Of a stretch of DNA of 20,000 bases, positions 9,216 to 17,378 are shown in pieces. Positions within the stretch are counted from its first letter, which is position 1, and the number at the start of each line of letters is the position of its first letter. The notes under the pieces are model-generated. The model saw nothing but the letters and a program-made list of their open reading frames with translations. It searched no databases and was not told the origin of the DNA. Source of the stretch: an uncultured virus (IMG/VR IMGVR_UViG_3300048072_000060) (Duplodnaviria; Heunggongvirae; Uroviricota; Caudoviricetes); IMG/VR virus record IMGVR_UViG_3300048072_000060; one strand, given 5' to 3'. The translations under genes were made by a program, and so were the position numbers.

Positions 9216-9270
9216 CTACTCCTTGACAATACGCACATGCGATAAGGTGCGTACATAGAGGGGGTAGCAA

Positions 9271-10467
9271 ATGCCGATCAAGCAAGTTCTGACCGACAAG
9301 AGAGTGCCGGTCAAAATCTGGACCGACGATGTTGATGACAATTCCAAGCAGCAGCTGGCCAATATCGCCAGCCTGCCTTTCATCCACCATCACGTCGCAG
9401 CCATGCCCGACGTGCATCTTGGCATTGGCGCGACGATTGGGTCGGTGATCGCCACACACAAGGCCATCATTCCTGCGGCGGTGGGCGTCGATATCGGCTG
9501 CGGCATGGTCGCATGCCGACTTTCCATCACGGCCAACGATCTCGATGAAAAATCGCTGAAGGGCGTTTTCGAGCAGATCAGCCGCGATGTGCCTGTTGGC
9601 CGAGGCATGCACAACAACCGACGGTCGTTCGAGGATCAAGCGCAGCCATTCGCAACGGGGCTGAGCCGTATCCTGGAAAAGCATCCGACACTGGGAAAGA
9701 CCATCTGCGGCACGACCAAATGGGTCAAGCAACTCGGCACCCTCGGCGGTGGCAATCACTTCATCGAGGTCTGCTTGGATGAATCCAACCAGGTGTGGGT
9801 CATGCTGCACTCGGGGAGTCGGGGTATTGGTAATGCGATGGCCGAATACTTTATCCAGTTAGCCCGCAAGGACATGGAACGCTGGATGATCCAGTTACCG
9901 GATCGTGATCTCGCCTACTTCCCTGAAGGCACCGAGCATTTCGACGACTACGTCGAGGCGGTGCATTGGGCGCAGGAATACGCCCTCAAAAACCGGGAGT
10001 GCATGGTCGATCTGGTGCTGGCGGCATTAAGACGGCATTTGCCGCCTTTCGATGTGACCAGCGAAGTGGTGAACTGTCACCACAACTATGTGGCCAAGGA
10101 GCATCACTATGGTGCCGATGTCTGGGTGACTCGCAAGGGCGCTATCCGGGCACGCGAGGGCGACCTGGGCATCATCCCGGGCAGCATGGGGGCGCGGAGT
10201 TACATTGTGCGCGGTTTGGGTAATCCGGAAAGTTTTACTTCCAGCGCTCACGGTGCCGGGAGGCGCATGAGCAGGACAGCGGCAGAAAAACAGTTCACCG
10301 AATCGGACATGCTGAAGCAGACCGAAGGTGTGATCTGCCGCAAGGACAAGGGCGTGATCGATGAGATTCCCGGCGCCTACAAGGACATCGATGCGGTGAT
10401 GGAAAACCAGAAAGACCTGACCGAGACGCTGCACACCCTGAAGCAACTGGTGTGCGTGAAAGGGTAG
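9271..10467 (+). CDS. rtcB: RtcB family RNA 3'-phosphate/5'-OH ligase, 398 aa
   Basis: Motifs MPDVHLG, VGVDIGCG, GTLGGGNHFIE, HSGSRG, NCHHNY, PGSMG, HGAGR and DEIPGAYKDID. GAGGGGG RBS upstream. Confidence 0.97.
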   Translation: MPIKQVLTDKRVPVKIWTDDVDDNSKQQLANIASLPFIHHHVAAMPDVHLGIGATIGSVIATHKAIIPAAVGVDIGCGMVACRLSITANDLDEKSLKGVFEQISRDVPVGRGMHNNRRSFEDQAQPFATGLSRILEKHPTLGKTICGTTKWVKQLGTLGGGNHFIEVCLDESNQVWVMLHSGSRGIGNAMAEYFIQLARKDMERWMIQLPDRDLAYFPEGTEHFDDYVEAVHWAQEYALKNRECMVDLVLAALRRHLPPFDVTSEVVNCHHNYVAKEHHYGADVWVTRKGAIRAREGDLGIIPGSMGARSYIVRGLGNPESFTSSAHGAGRRMSRTAAEKQFTESDMLKQTEGVICRKDKGVIDEIPGAYKDIDAVMENQKDLTETLHTLKQLVCVKG

Positions 10468-10493
10468 TACGGAGAAGGTTTCAGGGGGAAAGC

Positions 10494-11561
10494 ATGGATA
10501 CGAAAAACTTGGTGGTCGGCAGCCGTATTGAGCATGGGCTGCATGGATCGGGATCCGTCACCTTTGTTGGCACGGACTATCTCGGGATTGCGTTTGATGG
10601 TGAAGGCGAAGCGTTGATTCGCCGCGAATCGCTGGAAAAGGAAGCGCCCGATGTCGTTGAGCCGCACGAGCCCGCGCGTGAATCGCCTCCCTGGCCGGCA
10701 TCGACTTTTGTCCCCGAAGGGGAGGATGCTCAACATTATCTTGGCTCGCACTGGGATCCATTTGTCGAGGATTCGAAGGAACTGATGGGCCGCCTGCCGG
10801 AAATCGTGCCGAACGCTCTGGTGCAAACAGGGTACGGCGAAGATCGAAAACCGGCCCGATCGGTACCGGACAACTGGCCGAAGGGGTTTCAGCTGGTTTG
10901 GCCACTGCGCGTACAGGGGCTGGCACTGATTCTCCGTGTCGAAAAGGAGGCCAACATGATCGTCAGCCTCTTCCCTTTCTTCGCCACCGGCAGCCAGCAC
11001 ACCCTGACCTTGCGCGAGGTCAACGTTTGGGAGGGCGGACTGGAAGCGCAGATCACCGCCAGCTGGGGCGAAGGTGAAGTGACGTTCTTCGATACGCAGT
11101 ACCTGATCAATCGGGTTTGGTACGAAACGGGCAAGGATTACGATTTCATCTTTTCCGGCATCGCCTACAACGCAGGCCCAGCCGAGAAGCACGAGTGGAA
11201 GATCAATCGGCATCCCGACGAAGTGGCTTGGATGAACCAGCGGCTAAAGGAGGGCGAGGAGCCCCACGAGACCGCCTGCACCATGAGCATGGATGGCGCT
11301 GCGATGTTTCTGCCGGTCAGTGGTTGGGACGTCGATGACTACAGCTTCCACGCGCCGGTGAAATCGGTGACCGAGTTCAAGGATTGGCTGGGCCAAGATG
11401 GTTGGCGGGTTCGCGCCACGGTGATGCGCTTCGGCGACGAGGATGCCGATCTTGATATCCTGGTTACCCAACGTGCCTGGTCAGGCGAAGCTCCACCGCA
11501 AGTCGGTCAGGATATCGAGGGACGATTGTGGTTGCAGGGGTACCTCTGGATGCCAAAATAA
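10494..11561 (+). CDS. Uncharacterised 355 aa protein with an N-terminal UvrD/PcrA C-terminal-type Tudor-like segment
   Basis: ATG at 10494 after AGGGGGA, 26 bp downstream of the rtcB stop. N-terminus VGSRIEHGLHGSGSVTFVGTDYLGIAFDGEG; C-terminus PQVGQDIEGRLWLQGYL. The domain calls are tentative. Confidence 0.75.
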   Translation: MDTKNLVVGSRIEHGLHGSGSVTFVGTDYLGIAFDGEGEALIRRESLEKEAPDVVEPHEPARESPPWPASTFVPEGEDAQHYLGSHWDPFVEDSKELMGRLPEIVPNALVQTGYGEDRKPARSVPDNWPKGFQLVWPLRVQGLALILRVEKEANMIVSLFPFFATGSQHTLTLREVNVWEGGLEAQITASWGEGEVTFFDTQYLINRVWYETGKDYDFIFSGIAYNAGPAEKHEWKINRHPDEVAWMNQRLKEGEEPHETACTMSMDGAAMFLPVSGWDVDDYSFHAPVKSVTEFKDWLGQDGWRVRATVMRFGDEDADLDILVTQRAWSGEAPPQVGQDIEGRLWLQGYLWMPK

Positions 11562-11642
11562 TCGAATCACAGGTATGCACGACAGGATGTCTGGCGGCAC
11601 AGCCTGTGGGATGACGGTAGGACTTGATTGGGAGAAGGTTGG

Positions 11643-12182
11643 ATGAAAGCAGCAACCGATCTGGGCGCAATTCTCAAGGCGGCCTCATTTGCTGCCGAGA
11701 AGCACCGCGACCAAAGGAGAAAGGATGCCGAGGCATCGCCCTACATCAACCATCCCATTGCTCTGGCAAACTTGATCGCCAATGAAGGCGGCGTGGCCGA
11801 TCCGGATGTGCTGTGTGCGGCGCTTCTACACGATACGATCGAGGACACCGAAACCACGGCCGACGAATTACGAGGGGCTTTTGGCGACGTCGTGACAGGC
11901 ATCGTACTGGAGGTGACCGATGACAAGTCGCTGCCCAAGGCCGAACGGAAGCGCCTTCAAATTGAACACGCTGCCCATGCGTCGCCGCAGGCTAAGTTGG
12001 TGAAACTTGCAGACAAGATATGTAATCTGCGCGACATTCTGTCGTCGCCGCCGGCGGATTGGCACGTTGAGCGCAAGCAGGAGTATTTTGATTGGGCGGT
12101 CAAGGTGGTCGCGGGCGTGCGAGACGTGCATCCGGGACTGGCATTGGTGTTCGACCAACTGTACGCCCGACGGCCAAAGTGA
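11643..12182 (+). CDS. Stand-alone HD-domain hydrolase, Mesh1/small alarmone ((p)ppGpp) hydrolase-like, 179 aa
   Basis: [11 protein letters not shown]...[29 protein letters not shown] and [12 protein letters not shown] match the RelA/SpoT hydrolase/Mesh1 pattern. No synthetase domain. GGGAGAAGG upstream. Confidence 0.92.
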   Translation: MKAATDLGAILKAASFAAEKHRDQRRKDAEASPYINHPIALANLIANEGGVADPDVLCAALLHDTIEDTETTADELRGAFGDVVTGIVLEVTDDKSLPKAERKRLQIEHAAHASPQAKLVKLADKICNLRDILSSPPADWHVERKQEYFDWAVKVVAGVRDVHPGLALVFDQLYARRPK

Positions 12183-12294
12183 TCTGAGCTTTGTCAGCGA
12201 AATTGACCGCCAAGCGTTAATGCCTGATGAATTCTAAATTTGCCCCGAAGAAGGAGATCGCCATGACCTAGTTACCAATAACTGGAGCTATGTC

Positions 12295-12612
12295 ATGGCA
12301 CGTACGTTTCGCCGCAAGCGGGAGCGTTACGAGTATTACTGGGTGCTGCACGATTGGGAGGTACGGACTCCCAACGGCCACTGGGTACAACTCGACCCGC
12401 GATCCAAGGCTGGGCGCAAGGCAATTGCGCGTTTTCATTCCGACAAGACGGTCACTATGGGTGGGTCTGCACCGCGCTGGTACCGCAAGGTGTCCGATCA
12501 CCGGATTCGCACTGGCAACAACCGCATGCTGCGGCGTTGGCTGGCTGATCCCGAATTCGATCCGGTGTTTCGGACTTGGCACAACCACGATGCGAACTGG
12601 AGTTGGTGGTGA
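12295..12612 (+). CDS. Small basic Arg/Trp-rich hypothetical protein, 105 aa
   Basis: GGAG RBS 7 nt upstream and protein-like composition (MARTFRRKRERYEYYW...APRWYRK...ANWSWW). Same strand as the rtcB cluster. Confidence 0.65.
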   Translation: MARTFRRKRERYEYYWVLHDWEVRTPNGHWVQLDPRSKAGRKAIARFHSDKTVTMGGSAPRWYRKVSDHRIRTGNNRMLRRWLADPEFDPVFRTWHNHDANWSWW

Positions 12613-12705
12613 TTACTGAGTTTGTTCTGATGTATCGCTTCACAGGTTTCTTCATACGACTGGCCGGACCCATCCCGGGTGCCGGCCGTGATCAGGAGAA
12701 TCCGT

Positions 12706-12933
12706 ATGAAGGACATGAAGCGCGCCTTAAGACGTCACCACGCGGCAAGGTTGAAGCGTGCACGTGGTCACCATTGGGGGCGGGATATTCGGCATGAGCC
12801 GAAACTACTCGGTAAAGTCATCGATACCCCGACGCCCTGCAGTTGCTGGATGTGCGGAAATCCCCGCCGCTACTTCAAGGAACTGACTCGTCAGGAGCTT
12901 CGCGCTATCGACCATGAAAAGCAGCGTGGATGA
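12706..12933 (+). CDS. Small basic protein with a CSCWMCGNPRR motif (possible Zn binding), 75 aa
   Basis: AGGAG RBS before ATG 12706; sequence MKDMKRALRRHHAARLKR...TPTPCSCWMCGNPRRYF. Confidence 0.7.
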   Translation: MKDMKRALRRHHAARLKRARGHHWGRDIRHEPKLLGKVIDTPTPCSCWMCGNPRRYFKELTRQELRAIDHEKQRG

Positions 12934-13203
12934 AAACGGCGCCTGCCTAACAAATTTCAGGTGCCGCTGTTCGCTCATCCATCTCCACCATAGACGAATG
13001 TGCAGGCCAGCGGCAAGCCTGTCAGCCGTCGTCCCGATCACGGGCAGAAACAGGACATCCGTTTCGGAGGCGACGACCCTGATGCATCCGGATTGTTAAA
13101 GATCTGCGTATCGCCCACGCGGGCAGCACTACGACCCTCTACAGGGAAGGATTTTTAAAGCTGGTTATTGATCGAGTACGTGTCTGGCGTCAGACTGCAT
13201 TCA

Positions 13204-14085
13204 CTATTTGTCCAGTGACGTCGTTTGTACGATGCCGGAAAACTCGCGCAGGATTTCGGGGTGGTTTTGGGATAAAAAGCGGATCACGGCTTCGTTGTCC
13301 AGCAATTTGGTCAAGTAACCCTTGGCAAGCACCAGATTGAGAACGTCCTGACCATAGGACTGCTCGACTAATTTGAACTGCCCCTCGAGATTCGCCATTT
13401 CGCGCTCCATCTTTGCCATTTGATCGGCAGTGACACCCTTTAACTTCTTTGGCACACCTTCATTCACCAGCATGTTGCTGGGCGTTGCCGCCAGCAGCGC
13501 TTGGGCGTAAGACACAGTGATGTTGTTGGTGGCCACCATCAGCTCCACGCACTCCACTTGTCGGGTCGGCTTCATCTTGCGCAGGACTGGGCTCAAATTG
13601 GCTGAGAAATGCTTGTCCTTGAGTAGTCGAACCGCCTCTGCACAGATGCCGTCCAGCAAATTGATTTTCTTGGTGATGTGTTCGATGTCCAGTTCCAGCG
13701 ATTTCGCCAAGCGTTCCGGCGTGACGCCGCGCTCCACGGCGCGACGGATCATGAAATGTTCCTGAATAGTCGAAAGTCGGTTGATTCGGTTGTTGTAGGT
13801 GTAACTTTCATCGTCCTTGGCGATCAGGCAAAGGGCATTGCTGAATCCCAATTCCTGAAGCGCGAACATTCGGATATGCCCATCCAACAACAGGTGCATG
13901 CCGGTGGCTTTGTCCGCTTTGGCGATGGTCAGGGGTTCAATCAGGCCGATGGCATCGATGGATGCAACGATCTGCTTGAATTTCCTGGAGAGCGCAAGAC
14001 CTTCTGGCGGTTTGCGTGATGGCAGCAACTTTTCAAATGCAACCGTAATGGGTTCAGGAAAAAAGCCAAGGCGCGTTTGAGTCAT
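13204..14085 (-). CDS. ParB/RepB-like partitioning-family protein, 293 aa
   Basis: ParB N-terminal motifs ASIDAIGLIEPL and LLDGHIR. ATG 14085 forms an ATGA overlap with the upstream ParB-like gene. Confidence 0.88.
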   Translation of the reverse strand: MTQTRLGFFPEPITVAFEKLLPSRKPPEGLALSRKFKQIVASIDAIGLIEPLTIAKADKATGMHLLLDGHIRMFALQELGFSNALCLIAKDDESYTYNNRINRLSTIQEHFMIRRAVERGVTPERLAKSLELDIEHITKKINLLDGICAEAVRLLKDKHFSANLSPVLRKMKPTRQVECVELMVATNNITVSYAQALLAATPSNMLVNEGVPKKLKGVTADQMAKMEREMANLEGQFKLVEQSYGQDVLNLVLAKGYLTKLLDNEAVIRFLSQNHPEILREFSGIVQTTSLDK

Positions 14086-14984
14086 GCCGTGTTCCCTCCG
14101 GGCCAAACCCGTTCCGCGATGTGCTTCGGCAATGTTTCTAGCCCTTCAGCACGAAGCAAATTGGTGAAGTTTTCGTCATCGAGGAGATGGCGCATGGCTT
14201 CCACCACAAACAGCAATCGCTGCTGCGCAAATTCCGCTTTCTTGACCATGAGCTTTTGGCGCTCGACCTCCTTTTGATAGGTGCGGACCAGGCTGGACGA
14301 GGTGACATCCGGAACTTTTCGAGGTGCACCTCGGGCAATGGTCCGCCCCAGAGACCTTCGCTTCTCAATGACCTTACGCGCCTGAATCAGGTGATTTCCG
14401 CGCAACTGGCCGTTCTCATACGCCTCCTGCAGAGCCGCTTGGATATCCTTGTCGTTGCTGCCGGCACCTGCAATGGTCAAGGCAGCGTTGAGTGGAATAC
14501 GTCCTTGTTCCACTGCAATCAGCAGTCGCTCTTCACCATTCTTGAGTAGTTGCAAAATGCCATAGACGTAGTCCTCTCCGAGGCCCGTTTTCAGCGCGAT
14601 CGCTTTCTTGTCGTAACCTTGGTCGCGCAATTTTTCAATGCCTGCCAGCAGTTCCAGAGTACGTCCTTGGCGGCGAGCAATGTTTTCAGCCAGACTCATG
14701 ATGAAGGCATCCTCATCACTGACTTCGACCACCATCGCTGGAATCGTCGTTTCGCCCAGTGATTTGAATGCGTTTAGTCTGCCTTCACCACAAATCAGCA
14801 TGAACTTTTCATTGCCATCCGCGTCGGTTCGCGGTGTCACGGTGATGGGTTTTTTCAGACCGATATTCTTGATATTGCCCACGATCTCGGCGAAGACTTT
14901 GCCATTACGGTCACGCGAGTTGAGTACCTCGATTTTGTCGATCGGAATCATTTGCAAGTTGCTGGATGGGCACTCTTTTTTCAT
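14082..14984 (-). CDS. ParB/RepB/Spo0J family protein, 300 aa
   Basis: NIKNIGLKKPITV, LICGEGRL and SLAENIAR motifs plus an HTH-like segment. ATGA overlap with the recombinase stop. Confidence 0.92.
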   Translation of the reverse strand: MKKECPSSNLQMIPIDKIEVLNSRDRNGKVFAEIVGNIKNIGLKKPITVTPRTDADGNEKFMLICGEGRLNAFKSLGETTIPAMVVEVSDEDAFIMSLAENIARRQGRTLELLAGIEKLRDQGYDKKAIALKTGLGEDYVYGILQLLKNGEERLLIAVEQGRIPLNAALTIAGAGSNDKDIQAALQEAYENGQLRGNHLIQARKVIEKRRSLGRTIARGAPRKVPDVTSSSLVRTYQKEVERQKLMVKKAEFAQQRLLFVVEAMRHLLDDENFTNLLRAEGLETLPKHIAERVWPGGNTA

Positions 14985-16549
14985 GCAGCTCTCCTAACCC
15001 GTATGCGTTCGGCCATGCCATAGAGGAAATCCAGGCTGTCGAACCGGTAACTCTCGAATTCGATTCCATTGTGTTCAGCCAAGCTGATGCGTGGTTGGCC
15101 GAAATCCAGTTGCGGCAGGAGGTAGTAATCGATGGCGGTTTGGTTGGAATGATCCAGGCGCACCGCCACTGTGATGTCCGGCCGCAAACTGGTATCAAAA
15201 CGGATCTTCCACCGATGACGGCCAGCCTCGGTGGTGTGGCAGCGAACCACCACCACTGAAACGCTGAACTCTTGATTGACTCGCAGCAGATCGGTCGCCG
15301 GATCGCGGACGACCAGTCCGCCAATTTCTCTGATTTGCGCCTCCGTATCCGCCACGATGACAGGATGGACCCGGCGCAGGAGGCGATTGATCTCGAGGTA
15401 GTGATAGTCCCGGTCGGGTGTAAAGCCGACCATCTGGTAGGCCCGTATCAGACTGCCAAAGCGATTCATATAAACAGCGGCCGAAGGCATGTTTTCGGTC
15501 TCGTCGATGATCAACCCTGACAGGAGCCCGCGATTCTCGTAGAGGGCACGCAGTCGCTCGATCAACTCCTCGTCGGTATAGCGCCGATTCCGTTCTCGGA
15601 TAATTCCCTGGGCTGTGTAGAACAGGTCGGGTTGAACGATGGGCTCGAAGGCCGCTTCCTTCTTGATCCACATCTCCCTGGGATTGGCGACCCGGGTTTT
15701 CTTGAGCTTGAAGGAGATCCGGTTGTAGACGTTGTTGCCGATGTACTTCTCATTGGTCAGAATTTCCTGGACGGTGGCACGGGTCCATTCGCGCCCCAGG
15801 TCGGTTTTCACCTTCATGGCGTTCAGGCGGCCGGCGATCTCGGAGGTCGAGATGCCGTGATCGATAAACCATTGGTAGATCAGATTGACGGTGCGGACCT
15901 CATCGTCCGGGCCAGGCATCAGGATCACGCGGTCTGTCTGCAGACTCTTGTGCTCGCCGCGTGACAATTCGCTCTTGATCGATCCGTTCTGGTCGACGAG
16001 GATGCGGCGCAGGCCATAGCCGGCAGGGCCCCCTTGCCGATACCCCAACTCGATCAGCCGACACTGGCCCGCAAAGACCTTGGTGGACAGTTCCCGGCTG
16101 TATTCACCAGCCATTGCCCGTTTGACGCCTTTGACGATGGTCGAAACCGGCGAGCCATCGTTCTCGAACTGCTCGGCGCAGTAAGCGACCTGAATGCCGG
16201 CACGACGGCAGATGTACTCGTAGTAAGCACTTTCATCAGCATCCTGGAAGCGACCCCAGCGACTGACGTCGTAGACCAGGATGATCTGGAAGTCCGCCGC
16301 CCCGGTTTCGACATCCTTAATCAGCTGTTGCAGGGCCTGCCGGCCATCGATGCGCAGTCCGCTCTTGCCGGCATCGGCGTAGGTTTTGATGATTTTGATG
16401 CCGCGCCGGGCTGCATATTCTCGAATCTTGTCGCCCTGATTCTCCGTCGAGTACTGCTGGTGCTCGGTGGACATACGCACGTATTCAGCGGCCCGGAATA
16501 GGGATGCCTGGGTTTGCCCCTCGCCACTTGTGTTTTCTTGTTCTTGCAT
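14981..16549 (-). CDS. Large serine recombinase (resolvase catalytic domain plus recombinase domain), 522 aa
   Basis: Catalytic YVRMST, DAGKSG, YDVSRWGR, AGEYSRELS, GGPAGYG and ILTNEKYIG motifs. Confidence 0.95.
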   Translation of the reverse strand: MQEQENTSGEGQTQASLFRAAEYVRMSTEHQQYSTENQGDKIREYAARRGIKIIKTYADAGKSGLRIDGRQALQQLIKDVETGAADFQIILVYDVSRWGRFQDADESAYYEYICRRAGIQVAYCAEQFENDGSPVSTIVKGVKRAMAGEYSRELSTKVFAGQCRLIELGYRQGGPAGYGLRRILVDQNGSIKSELSRGEHKSLQTDRVILMPGPDDEVRTVNLIYQWFIDHGISTSEIAGRLNAMKVKTDLGREWTRATVQEILTNEKYIGNNVYNRISFKLKKTRVANPREMWIKKEAAFEPIVQPDLFYTAQGIIRERNRRYTDEELIERLRALYENRGLLSGLIIDETENMPSAAVYMNRFGSLIRAYQMVGFTPDRDYHYLEINRLLRRVHPVIVADTEAQIREIGGLVVRDPATDLLRVNQEFSVSVVVVRCHTTEAGRHRWKIRFDTSLRPDITVAVRLDHSNQTAIDYYLLPQLDFGQPRISLAEHNGIEFESYRFDSLDFLYGMAERIRVRRAA

Positions 16550-16712
16550 CGCCGCGTTGCTCCCTTACATGCGAAAAGATGCCTCTCGAACATCGGGCGT
16601 CACTTCGCGACGAGTGGTTGATCAAGGCATACACGGGTCGAGTCGGATTCGGATGCTCAATAGTTCGAGAACGCACATGCGGGAAGTTATCAGGCAACGG
16701 CGATGCCGCTGC

Positions 16713-16886
16713 ACACGTCCTCATTTGCAATCACACGTCTTCATCGACCCGAGCCATTGTTAGCGTGGTGATTTCGACAATCCACGTATGGCCGCCAATC
16801 GCGCCATCCTCAAGGATTTGCGCCATTCGGTAGCGGCCTGATGGCGGGGTGATCAGCGCGTGTGACACGTCCTCATTTGCAATCAC
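16713..16886. repeat. 22-bp exact direct repeat ACACGTCCTCATTTGCAATCAC at 16713-16734 and 16865-16886, plus a partial copy ACACGTCTTCAT at 16733-16744
   Basis: Read directly from the sequence. Confidence 0.9.
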
Positions 16887-17171
16887 CGTCGTACGCTGTT
16901 TTTGATTGCGTTGCTGCTGTAGATTGCGGTTGCGCTCAACGTAGGCAGGATTCTCATCGCGGTACCGTTTCCAATACTCAGGATTTTCGGCTGCCCACGT
17001 TTTGCTGGTACGGATGTCGTTGTCGCGGTAATCGGAATCGCCCTGACGTGTTTGCTGTTGCCAACGCCGACGGCGTTCGCGTTGGCATTCCGAGTTGGTA
17101 CAGTATTTCTGATTCGGGTTTTGAGGCCGAGGGGTGAAAGGATGGTTACAGGCTTTGCATTGCTTCGACAT
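16731..17171 (-). CDS. Small Cys-rich hypothetical protein (CxxC...YC....C), 146 aa, upstream of the recombinase
   Basis: ATG 17171 with a GGAG RBS; MSKQCKACNHPFTPRPQNPNQKYCTNSECQRERRRRW followed by a charged helical region. Confidence 0.75.
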   Translation of the reverse strand: MSKQCKACNHPFTPRPQNPNQKYCTNSECQRERRRRWQQQTRQGDSDYRDNDIRTSKTWAAENPEYWKRYRDENPAYVERNRNLQQQRNQKQRTTVIANEDVSHALITPPSGRYRMAQILEDGAIGGHTWIVEITTLTMARVDEDV

Positions 17172-17341
17172 GATCACACTCCATAACGAAAATCGATATG
17201 GAACGTGCGTGACCGCGCCGCCGGATTGGGCATGTCTTGTCTGGAATGCCATCCGAACATCGGTGATCGGAGAACCCTGTGCCCTGATCGATGACGGGGT
17301 GGGCGTGCGTAGGCGCGCCCGTTCCGATCCATCGGCAGTTA

Positions 17342-17371
17342 TTGACATTTACCGATGTTATGCAACACTAT
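17342..17371 (+). promoter_or_regulatory. Probable sigma70 promoter/autoregulatory region of the abiE operon
   Basis: Perfect TTGACA at 17342-17347 shortly before the antitoxin start, with short imperfect inverted repeats (TGACAT/ATGTTA; TGTT-ATGC-AACA). The -10 box is not clear-cut. Confidence 0.45.
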
Positions 17372-17378
17372 GCCCGAC

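Noticed and set aside
9223..9257. Canonical sigma70 promoter using TTGACA as the -35 box for rtcB
   Set aside because: There is no acceptable -10 hexamer at 16-18 bp spacing; GACAAT may itself act as the -10 element.
11643..12182. Full RelA/SpoT enzyme or toxic alarmone synthetase system
   Set aside because: Only the hydrolase domain is present, and I recognised no synthetase gene in the window.
12290..12619. Alternative 109 aa ORF, or readthrough product of the ATG-ACC-TAG mini-ORF
   Set aside because: It is in frame with the mini-ORF, but its RBS spacing is poor and its sequence looks less protein-like than the overlapping 12295-12612 frame.
16713..16886. CRISPR array or iteron origin
   Set aside because: Only two full copies and one partial copy with irregular spacing, and no cas or rep gene nearby.
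17172..17348. N-terminal extension of the Cys-rich protein given in the ORF track (205 aa)
   Set aside because: ATG 17171 has a clear GGAG RBS and starts right at the CxxC motif. The extension runs into the divergent abiE promoter region.
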